DNA of 64,000 bases from Desulfuromonadales bacterium (lineage in GTDB: Bacteria; Desulfobacterota; Desulfuromonadia; Desulfuromonadales; BM103). The notes beneath the pieces were generated by a model. That model searched no databases. It was not told the DNA's origin and saw nothing but the letters and a program-made list of their open reading frames with translations. Positions 10,405 through 18,887 of this stretch are shown piece after piece (the stretch's first letter is position 1; each line of letters starts with the position of its first letter). The DNA lies in contig JARRPG010000001.1 of the NCBI GenBank assembly GCA_037383085.1, positions 53,422 to 117,421 on the forward strand, read 5' to 3'. A program made the position numbers and the translations under genes.

Positions 10405-10439
10405 TCTGTCCCAGAGGAATTCTGTGACAGAATTTTTTT
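10405..10439 (+). terminator. Orphan plus-strand intrinsic terminator (no annotated plus-strand gene directly upstream)
   Basis: TCTGTC-c-CAGAG-gaa-TTCTG-t-GACAGA followed by A-TTTTTTT. The T-run exists only on the plus strand. Confidence 0.6.
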
Positions 10440-10504
10440 CATTGATCTTCCAATAACTTCATCAAAGAAGGCCTGATTAAAGGCATCTCAGGGCAATTTT
10501 CCGG

Positions 10505-10532
10505 TTGACTTCTATTTAGAACGACGTATCAT
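10505..10532 (+). promoter_or_regulatory. Candidate sigma-70 promoter for the DUF485-actP operon
   Basis: TTGACT-N16-TATCAT in the AT-rich intergenic region, about 250 nt upstream of 10780. Confidence 0.4.
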
Positions 10533-10779
10533 GTCGCAGAAAATACCACCATCATTTGGTTATTTTTCGCCCATCAGTACCTTTAGTTTCTTCTTAGAAT
10601 TGCAATAATTCCGGGCTTTCAGTTGTCGGAAAAACCCGGGAAGACTTTGGAATCCTTCAGGTTTCTATAACAAGGAAGGCCTCATATAACTCTGTCATTT
10701 CTGATGTCTTGATATCCAGATAACGCTTTTCCTAAAGAGATCTTAGGCAAAAACCCCGTAAACGAAGGAGTCATGGACC

Positions 10780-11043
10780 ATGGGACACGGACCAGCAGTC
10801 AAACTCGGCAAGGATAATGCCGCCGGTTACAAAACCCGGCTCGGGGTAGCGATGTTCATCGTCTACACCCTGACCTACTTCGGCTTTGTGGTCATCAATG
10901 CCGTCTCTCCGGCGCTGATGGAGAAAGTCTATTTCGGACAGACCCTCGCCGTGCTCTACGGCTTCTTCCTGATCCTTTTCGCCTTCGTTCTGGCGATCGT
11001 CTACAACCGTTTCTGCACAGCCGCCGAAGCGCGCCTGAACTGA
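10780..11043 (+). CDS. DUF485 (YjcH-like) inner-membrane protein
   Basis: 87 aa, two TM helices, immediately upstream of an ActP-type symporter (the conserved yjcH-actP arrangement). GAAGGAG RBS. Confidence 0.8.
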   Translation: MGHGPAVKLGKDNAAGYKTRLGVAMFIVYTLTYFGFVVINAVSPALMEKVYFGQTLAVLYGFFLILFAFVLAIVYNRFCTAAEARLN

Positions 11044-11059
11044 CCGGAGGGACACGACC

Positions 11060-12988
11060 ATGATTTATACGCAATCGCCTCTGGCCATCGGCCTGTTCAT
11101 CTTTTTCGTTCTCTTCGTCCTTGGCCTGTCCTTCTATCTGGCGCGCCGGACCACCTCCGCTTCCGGTTATTATGCCGCCGGTGGCAATATTCACTGGTTC
11201 ACCAATGGCATCGCTTTTGCTGGGGACTATCTCTCGGCCGCCTCGTTCCTCGGGATTTGCGGCATGATTGCAACCGCCGGATACGACGGCTGGATGTATT
11301 CGATCGGCTATCTCGCCGGCTGGATGGTCGCCCTGTTCCTGGTGGCCGAGCCGATGAAGCGGCTTGGCAAGTACACCTTTACCGACGCGCTCGATTCGAA
11401 GTTCAATTCCAAGGCGATCCAGCTGATGGCCGCCATCTCGACGCTGGCCGTTTCGGTCTTCTACCTGATCCCGCAGATGGTCGGTGCCGGTGTCCTGGTG
11501 CAGCCGCTGCTTGGCATGCCACACTGGGTCGGCGTCTGCATCGTCGGTGTCGTGGTCACGATCATCGTTGCCACCGCGGGAATGGCTTCCACCACCTACG
11601 TCCAGTTCTTCAAGGGGGCCCTGCTGCTGATTGTCTCCACCGTTGTCGTGATCTCGGTCCTGGTACGCGGTCTCGGCACGGACCCGAACCATGGCGGCGC
11701 CAAGGAATACCATGACTTCAAGACGGTGCAGGCCGCCGTCGAAGGCGGCAGTCTGCAAGTCGCCGGTTATGACGTGGTCGCTGGTCTCGATTCCGACTTC
11801 GGCAAGAAGGGCTTCGTGATGCTCGCCAAAGATGGCGAGCAATCGGTCTGGCATCTCAAGGAAGCGGCGGCCGGCTACGAACTTTCCGAGACCCTTTACG
11901 TGACCACCAACGAGGACGGCACCAAGCTGTATAACGGTGCCCCAAAGGAAGACGGCAAGTTCTTCCCGGTCGGGCACATCAAGGAGATCACCATCGACGG
12001 CAAAGAGGTTGCCCAGACCGGCGCCGTCGGCCCGCTGGCCTATCTGAACCGCTTCAAGGAGAGCACCATCGTCCTGTGGGGCAAGCAGTACCTGGAAAGC
12101 GGCAACCAGCGCTTCACCATCTACTACCAGAAGCCGACTCCCGGCAGCCGCATCCTGCGGCCTGGTCTGAAGTTCAAGGTTGACAACGCCACCGGCCTGC
12201 AAAAGTTCAATTTCATCTCTCTGATGATCGCCCTGTTCTGCGGCACGGCAGCTCTGCCGCACATCCTGATCCGTTACTACACCGTGCCGAGTCAGGCCGC
12301 CGCGCGGAAGTCGACCATCGTCGGCATCGCCGCAATCGGTTTCTTCTACATCCTGACCCTGTATCTCGGCCTCGGTGCCATGACCAACGGCGTCATAAAC
12401 ATTACCGACAACAACATGTCGGCACCGTTGCTGGCGCTCTCCTTCGGGGTGGTCCTGTTTGCAGTGATCTCATCACTGGCCTTTGCCACCGTTCTCGGTA
12501 CCGTCTCGGGCCTGATCGTCGCCTCCGCCGGCGCCGTCGCCCATGACTTGATGGACAACTTCTTCGGCATGAACATGTCGGAGAAAGGCAAGGTCATGGC
12601 CGGTAAGGTTTCGGCCATGGTGATCGGCGCGATCGCCATTTATCTCGGCATCGTCTTCGAAGGAATGAACGTCTCCTTTTTGGTCGGCTGGGCCTTTGCG
12701 GTCGCCGCTTCGGCCAACCTGCCGGCCATCCTGATGATCCTGTTCTGGAAGAAGACCACGGCCCAGGGCGTGGCCGCCTCGATCCTGGTCGGCCTGACAT
12801 CCGCTCTCGGCCTGATCCTCGTATCCCCGGACATGTGGGTCCGCTACGGCCTACTGCCCCAGGATGCGCCAATCGCCTTTAACAGCCCGGCGGCCATCTC
12901 GATCCCGGCCAGTTTCATCGCTCTGGTTCTGGTCTCCCTGGTCACCCAGAAGAAGGGGGCCCTGGTCGAGGAAGGCGCCGAAGCCTGA
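11060..12988 (+). CDS. actP: Cation/acetate symporter (SSF family, ActP-like) with a large inserted hydrophilic domain
   Basis: 642 aa. SSF motifs (GGNIHWFTNGIAFAGDYLSAASFLG, AALPHILIRYYTV). Residues about 203-385 are hydrophilic and lie between TM segments. Confidence 0.85.
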   Translation: MIYTQSPLAIGLFIFFVLFVLGLSFYLARRTTSASGYYAAGGNIHWFTNGIAFAGDYLSAASFLGICGMIATAGYDGWMYSIGYLAGWMVALFLVAEPMKRLGKYTFTDALDSKFNSKAIQLMAAISTLAVSVFYLIPQMVGAGVLVQPLLGMPHWVGVCIVGVVVTIIVATAGMASTTYVQFFKGALLLIVSTVVVISVLVRGLGTDPNHGGAKEYHDFKTVQAAVEGGSLQVAGYDVVAGLDSDFGKKGFVMLAKDGEQSVWHLKEAAAGYELSETLYVTTNEDGTKLYNGAPKEDGKFFPVGHIKEITIDGKEVAQTGAVGPLAYLNRFKESTIVLWGKQYLESGNQRFTIYYQKPTPGSRILRPGLKFKVDNATGLQKFNFISLMIALFCGTAALPHILIRYYTVPSQAAARKSTIVGIAAIGFFYILTLYLGLGAMTNGVINITDNNMSAPLLALSFGVVLFAVISSLAFATVLGTVSGLIVASAGAVAHDLMDNFFGMNMSEKGKVMAGKVSAMVIGAIAIYLGIVFEGMNVSFLVGWAFAVAASANLPAILMILFWKKTTAQGVAASILVGLTSALGLILVSPDMWVRYGLLPQDAPIAFNSPAAISIPASFIALVLVSLVTQKKGALVEEGAEA

Positions 12989-13021
12989 TCCTTGCAAGGT
13001 CTGTAAAAAAGCTGTAAAAGA

Positions 13022-13048
13022 AGAGGGGCTGCTTTGGCAGCCCCTCTT
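13022..13048 (+). terminator. Rho-independent terminator after actP
   Basis: AGAGGGGCTGC-ttt-GCAGCCCCTCT followed by TTTG. Confidence 0.8.
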
Positions 13049-13051
13049 TGA

Positions 13052-13162
13052 TTCTCACGTTTCGGCATAAAACCACAGTCACTTAAAGGTTTAGCCAAAG
13101 GCTTAAAAGCCACAAAGGAATTTTCGAAAGTCAGACCTTGCTTGGCGGTCTTTGCGTGAGAA
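13052..13162. repeat. REP/MITE-like palindromic intergenic element
   Basis: Terminal 8-bp inverted repeat TTCTCACG...CGTGAGAA about 111 bp apart. The interior has CTTAAA / CCAAAGG / GTCTTTGCG words that are also present in the element at 21923..22077. Confidence 0.35.
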
Positions 13163-13207
13163 GGCCCGCTTGATGGATCGATTCGATCAAAGGAGCAGTC
13201 CCTGGTT

Positions 13208-13843
13208 ATGCGCCGTTTTCGATTTACCCTGATCGCCGTCTGCCTCGTTCTCCTCTATCTCGGCATCAGTGACCTGCTGCTCTGGTTCAGCAATCCCTCG
13301 CCGCAGGTGATCTCGATCGAACAGCTCGAGAGCGAGGGCCCGCCGCGTGCCTGGCTGCACGTCACGGGCGGCTATCAGGACCTGGACCGGGCCATCTCCA
13401 CCTCCGGTACCGTCGAATTAGAGGCTCTGTTGATTCCGCTGGTTTCTGAGCCGGAGCAGCAGACCATCCGGGTCATGGTGGAAACGCGCCAGCCCAGGCT
13501 GCTGCAGGTCTTCGAAGATTACCATTTCTTTACCGACACCCTTCCCCAGAAACGCGACTTTCGCGAAGAACACGCTGATGCTTTTCATGGGCAGCGGGAC
13601 ATCACCGGGATGCTGGTCGCCGGCCTGATCGCCCGGGGCAACCAGCAGAAGTTGATCAAACTGGCGCGGCAGACCGACCTGCAAATTGCCGAAGATGTCA
13701 TCTTTCTCAGTGAAGGGAAGACGCCCGGCAAGTGGCGTGGCCTCTTTTTTACCGTTGTCGGCCTGCTCGGATTATTGAAGATTCTGGCCAGCAAGCAGAC
13801 GCGGGCGGGAAAGACTCAGAGCAGCACCGGAATCTCATCCTGA
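13208..13843 (+). CDS. Hypothetical membrane protein (N- and C-terminal TM helices)
   Basis: 211 aa. TM helices at about 5-27 and 175-195. No family recognised. Confidence 0.5.
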   Translation: MRRFRFTLIAVCLVLLYLGISDLLLWFSNPSPQVISIEQLESEGPPRAWLHVTGGYQDLDRAISTSGTVELEALLIPLVSEPEQQTIRVMVETRQPRLLQVFEDYHFFTDTLPQKRDFREEHADAFHGQRDITGMLVAGLIARGNQQKLIKLARQTDLQIAEDVIFLSEGKTPGKWRGLFFTVVGLLGLLKILASKQTRAGKTQSSTGISS

Positions 13844-13876
13844 TCCGCCGGCATCCGCTGATTTGCTGACCGCCTG

Positions 13877-14515
13877 TTATCGGGCTTCTTCCGCCGCAAT
13901 CTCACGGGCCACGGCAAATGCCTTGGCCATATCGGGAAGATGCGCGACCTCGGGAACAATCTGCAGGTAGCGGATCGTGCCCTTGGCATCGACCACCATC
14001 ACTGCTCGCGCCAGCAGGCGCAGGTCTTCCAGCAGCAACCCCGTGCCCAAACCGAATTCGGCCCGCCTGTAATCGGAAAGATAGATCACATCCGCGAACC
14101 CGGTATGCTCGTCAAAACGATTCTGGGCAAAGGGCAAATCCCGCGTGATGGTGACCCGGGTGATGCTTTGGGGCAGCTCCTCGTGACTGGCTTCGCCAAG
14201 CAGGTGGGTTTGCCGCTCACAGACCTGGGTATCGAGTGAAGGGGCGATGCTGATCAGCAGGGTACGGCCTCTGAGTTCATCCAGAGAGCGCAGCTGCATC
14301 GTCCGGTCGGTCACATTTAGGCTGGGCAAGGTATCACCGACCCGCACCGGATCACCGAGCAAACGCTGCGGCTGGCCAGCTCGGGTCACACTCGTCCCAG
14401 GAATGACGCTTTCCGAGGTGCTCGGAATGTGCGGAACCGGATTGAGCAGGGCGCAACCGGTCAGGATGCTCACGAAAGCGGTCAAGAGGGTCCAACGAAA
14501 GATTTGCAGAGGCAT
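13877..14515 (-). CDS. tpx: Thiol peroxidase (Tpx-type peroxiredoxin), lipoprotein form
   Basis: Lipobox LTGC. Tpx core ...LLISIAPSLDTQVCERQTHLL... with the peroxidatic Cys context. Confidence 0.8.
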   Translation of the reverse strand: MPLQIFRWTLLTAFVSILTGCALLNPVPHIPSTSESVIPGTSVTRAGQPQRLLGDPVRVGDTLPSLNVTDRTMQLRSLDELRGRTLLISIAPSLDTQVCERQTHLLGEASHEELPQSITRVTITRDLPFAQNRFDEHTGFADVIYLSDYRRAEFGLGTGLLLEDLRLLARAVMVVDAKGTIRYLQIVPEVAHLPDMAKAFAVAREIAAEEAR

Positions 14516-14637
14516 AAGCCTTCTCCTTATCTATGACATTTTTAGTTATATATTAACGTCAACGCAGAAAAACGGCAACAGGGGGTGACGAGAGGAGGGT
14601 GTCATCGATCCGCACCGGTCAGAATCCGTCAATGGAT

Positions 14638-15555
14638 TCAAACCCCGTCCTGATCCGGCTCGGGCAGCGGCGCGCGTGCCGATTGCTGGACGACCAGCCC
14701 GGCCACGATCAGAATCAGGCCGACGAAAGTCGCCGGCAGGATCTCTTCACCCACCAGGAGGTGTATAAAGACCAGGGAGAGAAACGGGGAGATGAAAATC
14801 AGATTGCTGATGCGGGCGGTGTTGCGGGTCTTCTTCAATGCCAGCAGCCAGAGCACGAAACAGAAGCCCATCTCGAAGGTGCCCACGTAGGCGGCACCGA
14901 GCAGACCCTGAACAGGCGGCCAACGGAGTTCTGCCGAAGCCAGATAGTAGAGAAGCACAAACGGAAAACCACACAGAAAGTTAATGAACAAGCCGACCAC
15001 AGGATCGCGCCGGTCGCGCGTATTGAAGATCCAGTACAAGGCCCAGATCACGGTGCTCGCAAGAGCCAGGAAAACGCCGAGCGGGCTGGTGAACGTGAGG
15101 CTGAAGGGCTGACCTTCGGTGGAGATGACCAGGACGCCACAATAGCTGATCAACAGCGCCAACCATTGCTGCCAGACAACTTTCTGCTTGAGCAGCGGCA
15201 CGGCCAACAGGGACAGGGTGATGGCCCAGGTGTAATTGAGCGGCTGAGCCTGTTGGGCAGGCAGCAGATCATAGGCCTTGAGCAGGACCAGGTAGTAGAG
15301 GAAAGGGTTGAGAAATCCGAGGCCAATCGAGAGCAGCAGATCCTGTCGCCGGCAGCGAAACACCTCACCGAACCTGCCCTGAATGACCAGGATCATGCCA
15401 AGCAAAACGGTTGTGAAAAAGCCTGAACAGAGGAGCAGTTCGATGGGACTGAGATAGCGGAGCGACAGTTTGAAGGCGGTGGCAATGGTCGACCAGAGCA
15501 ACACGGCGCTTAGACCGTACAGGGTGGCCTGACGTTCGTTGGACATGCGGTTCAT
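14638..15555 (-). CDS. DMT/EamA family transporter
   Basis: Ten-TM EamA pattern. Start moved to the ATG at 15555 (MNRMSNERQ...), which overlaps the upstream stop as ATGA. The ORF-track N-terminal extension is Arg/Gly-rich non-protein-like sequence. Confidence 0.8.
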   Translation of the reverse strand: MNRMSNERQATLYGLSAVLLWSTIATAFKLSLRYLSPIELLLCSGFFTTVLLGMILVIQGRFGEVFRCRRQDLLLSIGLGFLNPFLYYLVLLKAYDLLPAQQAQPLNYTWAITLSLLAVPLLKQKVVWQQWLALLISYCGVLVISTEGQPFSLTFTSPLGVFLALASTVIWALYWIFNTRDRRDPVVGLFINFLCGFPFVLLYYLASAELRWPPVQGLLGAAYVGTFEMGFCFVLWLLALKKTRNTARISNLIFISPFLSLVFIHLLVGEEILPATFVGLILIVAGLVVQQSARAPLPEPDQDGV

Positions 15556-16469
15556 CCCGGCAGTCTTCCCGGGGCCATCTCGGCGGTCCTGCGGCGCAGG
15601 CGACCGGCGCCGGCGAGAACTGCCAGACCGGAAAAGATCAGGACAATGCCGGTGACACTCAAGGAATTCATGCGTTCGCCCAGTACCAGCACCCCCAGCA
15701 GACCGGCGGTCAAGGGTTCGGCCAGACTCAGCGTGACGGCGGTGGCCACCGGCACCCTCTGCAGGCCGCGCGCAAACAGCCAGTAAGCCAGAGCGGCCGT
15801 GACGATGCCGAGGTGCAGAACCACCGTCAGGCTGCGCGGTTCTGCCAGCCAGGCAGTCTCGCGCCAAATCAGCAGCGGCGAAAGCATCAACGCTCCGACA
15901 CAGAAGACCACGGCGATCACGGCATCCGGACTGAACCTTTCCAGCAGACCTTTAATCACCAGAGTATAGGCGGCATAGGAAATGCCGGCGCCAATCGCCA
16001 GCAGAATGCCGAGTAAATCGACCCGGACATCCCCACCGCTGCTCAGCGTCAGGACAATGCAGCCGGCCAGGGCCAAACCGGTGGCCACAAACCACGGCCG
16101 TCCCGGTCGTTCGCCCCGGAACAGATAACCGAGCAGACCGCCGGCCACAGGAGCACTGCCGATACCGACGATGGTGCCTACGGCAACTCCGGTTTTGGCA
16201 ACCCCGGCAAAAAAGCAGACCTGGTAGAGGGCGGTGAACAAGGCGGCGATCAGGGTGACGCGCACCGGCCAACCGCTTAAGGGCAAGGTCCGCGATTGGG
16301 CCAGGATCAGGACCAGCAAAGCGACACCTCCCAGGGCCAGGCGCAGCGTACCGATCACCAGCGGATCAAAGCCTGCCGGAGCAAAGGCCTGCGCCGTCCC
16401 GGTCGTGCCCCACAACATGGCGGCCGACAGAACGAACCAGACACCGGTCTGGGGATGTTTTCCCGGCAT
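15552..16469 (-). CDS. DMT/EamA family transporter
   Basis: Start at the ATG at 16469 (MPGKHPQTGVWFVLSAAMLWGTTG...) with a GAAGGAGAAAAC RBS. Two EamA halves. Confidence 0.8.
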   Translation of the reverse strand: MPGKHPQTGVWFVLSAAMLWGTTGTAQAFAPAGFDPLVIGTLRLALGGVALLVLILAQSRTLPLSGWPVRVTLIAALFTALYQVCFFAGVAKTGVAVGTIVGIGSAPVAGGLLGYLFRGERPGRPWFVATGLALAGCIVLTLSSGGDVRVDLLGILLAIGAGISYAAYTLVIKGLLERFSPDAVIAVVFCVGALMLSPLLIWRETAWLAEPRSLTVVLHLGIVTAALAYWLFARGLQRVPVATAVTLSLAEPLTAGLLGVLVLGERMNSLSVTGIVLIFSGLAVLAGAGRLRRRTAEMAPGRLPG

Positions 16470-16479
16470 GTTTTCTCCT

Positions 16480-17802
16480 TCAGTTCGACTCAACCGAGAC
16501 GACAGCGCGCCGCCCCAGCCCGGCACAAGGCCAGCACAGATAAAGCATAGCCAGCAGGCGACCAACCACGTAGGAGAGTGCCGCGGCGGTGACGCCCGGA
16601 ATGGCCGAGTATAGTACAAACAGGGCCAGCAGCGTAAAAATTCCCAGCGCCTCGACGGCCGTGGCCAAAGAAACCGGCAAAGTGATGCCGGCATCGATCA
16701 GCAAGGCCCGCTGGTAGCCGATGGCCACGGTCAACGCCGGGAAAACCGCCATGATCTGCAGGGGAACCGCGGCCATGGCGGCCAGTTCGGGGGACAATCC
16801 GGAGAGCGTTGCAAACCAGAGTTGATTGAGAGGGGTGAAGGCGATCAGCGACAAGGCCCCGCCCAGGCCGAGACCAAGATACAGGGCAAAGCGCCCGACC
16901 AGCGGCCGGTTTTCCGGGGCCCCCTTCAACATGGTGATGGCAACCTCCGGAAAAGACAAGCCCAAAGCGCGAAACAGAAACGTCACCGCGTAGAGAACTG
17001 GCATGATGGCCAATGAAGCCAAGGGCCGATGCCCGTGACCGAGGAAGAACGTCACCACCGGGTGGACGCTCAAGCCGATCAGGGGTGTCATGGCCAGCGG
17101 CAGATAAAATCGCCAGAGTGTTGCATGATTCGGCATCAGCGCAACATCCGATGACTCGGCCAGTGACTGCCTGATAGCCTGCCGCGCCAGCCAACGCGTC
17201 GCCAGCGCTTCCGCCGTGACGCCGGCACTCAGGGCACAGGCGCCAAGGCTGGCCCCGGGGAGCATCTCGAACCGCCAGAGAATCCCGGCCGTCGCAGCCA
17301 TGGCCAGCAGGCGCACGGTGGTGCCGACCGCCACCCGGCCGGGCTGGTGATGGGCGATCAGAACACCCTGGTAAAAACGTCGCAGGCCGATCGCCGCCGG
17401 CCAGGGCAGCAGCAGAGCCAGGGCACGATGCACCTGCTGCGCCACCTCCGGCGAGAGATTCAACAGATGGCCGGTCAGCGGATCAAAAATCGATGGCAGC
17501 AGCAGGAGGATCAGCAGCAGCGTTACGGCGGCGCAGAGCATCAGCGAAAAAGACCGCAGCCGCAGGTAGTCTGAGCGCTCCCGGGCCAGCCGCGTCGCAG
17601 CGCTCAAGAGCATAATGACGGGAGCTTCGGTGATTAGTCCAAACGCGAAGGCGATCCCGTAGGCCGCCAGGTTGATCGCGCTGTCGGCCATCCGGGCGAT
17701 CACAGCCGCCAGGAACGGCCCTTCCACGGCCATCATCAGCCAGGTGGCGGCCAGCGGCCACCAGAGCCGATACATCGTTTTCAGAGTTGCCGGCTGGGTC
17801 AT
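16480..17802 (-). CDS. MATE/MOP-superfamily-like polytopic membrane protein
   Basis: 440 aa, about 12 TM helices. N-terminal LWWPLAATWLMMAVEGPFLAAVIAR resembles MatE-type exporters. Function not assignable. Confidence 0.55.
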   Translation of the reverse strand: MTQPATLKTMYRLWWPLAATWLMMAVEGPFLAAVIARMADSAINLAAYGIAFAFGLITEAPVIMLLSAATRLARERSDYLRLRSFSLMLCAAVTLLLILLLLPSIFDPLTGHLLNLSPEVAQQVHRALALLLPWPAAIGLRRFYQGVLIAHHQPGRVAVGTTVRLLAMAATAGILWRFEMLPGASLGACALSAGVTAEALATRWLARQAIRQSLAESSDVALMPNHATLWRFYLPLAMTPLIGLSVHPVVTFFLGHGHRPLASLAIMPVLYAVTFLFRALGLSFPEVAITMLKGAPENRPLVGRFALYLGLGLGGALSLIAFTPLNQLWFATLSGLSPELAAMAAVPLQIMAVFPALTVAIGYQRALLIDAGITLPVSLATAVEALGIFTLLALFVLYSAIPGVTAAALSYVVGRLLAMLYLCWPCAGLGRRAVVSVESN

Positions 17803-17856
17803 GCTGTCAATCGATCTCTGCGATACCGCGCAGCCTCCCTCACATCGGGACGTGAA

Positions 17857-17887
17857 AAGGGGATGGCCATCACGTGGTCATCCCCTT
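17857..17887 (-). terminator. Terminator after the proline dehydrogenase gene
   Basis: On the minus strand: AAGGGGATG-13 nt loop-CATCCCCTT followed by TT(C). The 9-bp stem starts 24 nt after the stop. Confidence 0.55.
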
Positions 17888-17910
17888 CCCAATCCAGGCG
17901 TTTGTGACGC

Positions 17911-18825
17911 TTAAACCGACTTCCTTTTCATACCAAGCATCTGTCTCAGGGCGTGTTGGGCAATGCTCGGGTTCTCCTTCAGGCGGCGCTTCGAATAAGG
18001 CAGCCAGGATTTGCCGAAGGGCACATAAACCCGCAGGCGATGACCCTGGGCCACCAGCAGGTCGCGCAGTTCCGGGTCGACACCGAGCAGCATCTGAAAT
18101 TCATAGTCCTCGCGTTTCAGACCGTATTTCCGAATCAGTTGCAGCGACTCGAAGACCAGCTTTTCATCGTGCGTGGCAATGCCCACATAGGCCCCTTTTT
18201 CAAACATCAGGTCCAGGCAGCAGACAAAGCTGCGGTTGATGATTGCCATGTCCTTGTAGGCAATCTCGCGCGGCTCGTTGTAAATCCCCTTGCAGAGTCG
18301 GAAATGCAGCAGACCGTCACTTAAGGCTTCGATATCGGCGAGGGTGCGGCGCAGATACGACTGCAGCACCACGCCGACATGGCCGGGGAATTCCTCCCGC
18401 AGACGTCGGAAGAAGTCGAGGGTGTCGTCGGTACAGGGGTGATCTTCCATGTCGATCCGGACAAAATTGTTCCGTTCAGCTGCCAGCGTGACGATTTCGC
18501 GGATGTTTTCAAAAGCGAACTCCTTGTCGAGTTCGAGCCCCATCTGGGTCGGTTTCAACGACAGGTTGGCATCCAGCCCTTCCTTGTCGATGCCGCGCAG
18601 GATCTCCAGGCATTGATCCTTGAAATAGGTGGCTTCCTCTTTCGTTTTGATGAATTCACCGAGGATATCGATTGTCGCCATCATCCCTTTGCTGTTGAAA
18701 TCCCGGGTGACGGCGACCGCGTCCTTGAGTTCCTCGCCGGCGATGTACCCTTTGGCGAAGAGGCCGACGATCGGCCCGGGAACATGCATGATGGTTTTCG
18801 AGACAAGCAGATTGAACAGGGACAT
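17911..18825 (-). CDS. Proline dehydrogenase (monofunctional PRODH)
   Basis: TIM-barrel PRODH pattern (ATIDILGE..., VRIDMEDH..., VVLQSYLRRT, RLCKGIY, VGIATHD, FQMLLGV). The ATG at 18825 is preceded by GGAGG, which lies inside the GTG-extended ORF. Confidence 0.85.
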   Translation of the reverse strand: MSLFNLLVSKTIMHVPGPIVGLFAKGYIAGEELKDAVAVTRDFNSKGMMATIDILGEFIKTKEEATYFKDQCLEILRGIDKEGLDANLSLKPTQMGLELDKEFAFENIREIVTLAAERNNFVRIDMEDHPCTDDTLDFFRRLREEFPGHVGVVLQSYLRRTLADIEALSDGLLHFRLCKGIYNEPREIAYKDMAIINRSFVCCLDLMFEKGAYVGIATHDEKLVFESLQLIRKYGLKREDYEFQMLLGVDPELRDLLVAQGHRLRVYVPFGKSWLPYSKRRLKENPSIAQHALRQMLGMKRKSV

Positions 18826-18887
18826 GGCGTCCTCCACAAGGAAATGTTAAGGGTGGGCGGACAGCCAGCGCTGTCCGCCCCGCATTA

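Noticed and set aside
10215-10442. 75-aa minus-strand ORF in the trpS-actP intergenic region
   Set aside because: No RBS and an odd composition. It overlaps the plus-strand terminator hairpin, which is the better-supported feature.
10557-10570. Sigma-54-like TGG-N-CGC (TGGTTATTTTTCGC) upstream of the DUF485/actP genes
   Set aside because: The GG-to-GC spacing is one nucleotide short of the invariant 12, and the flanking bases do not match TGGCAC/TTGC.
10895-12262. 455-aa minus-strand ORF
   Set aside because: Antisense to the DUF485/ActP genes, with an Arg/Gly/Asp-rich composition. It is a shadow ORF.
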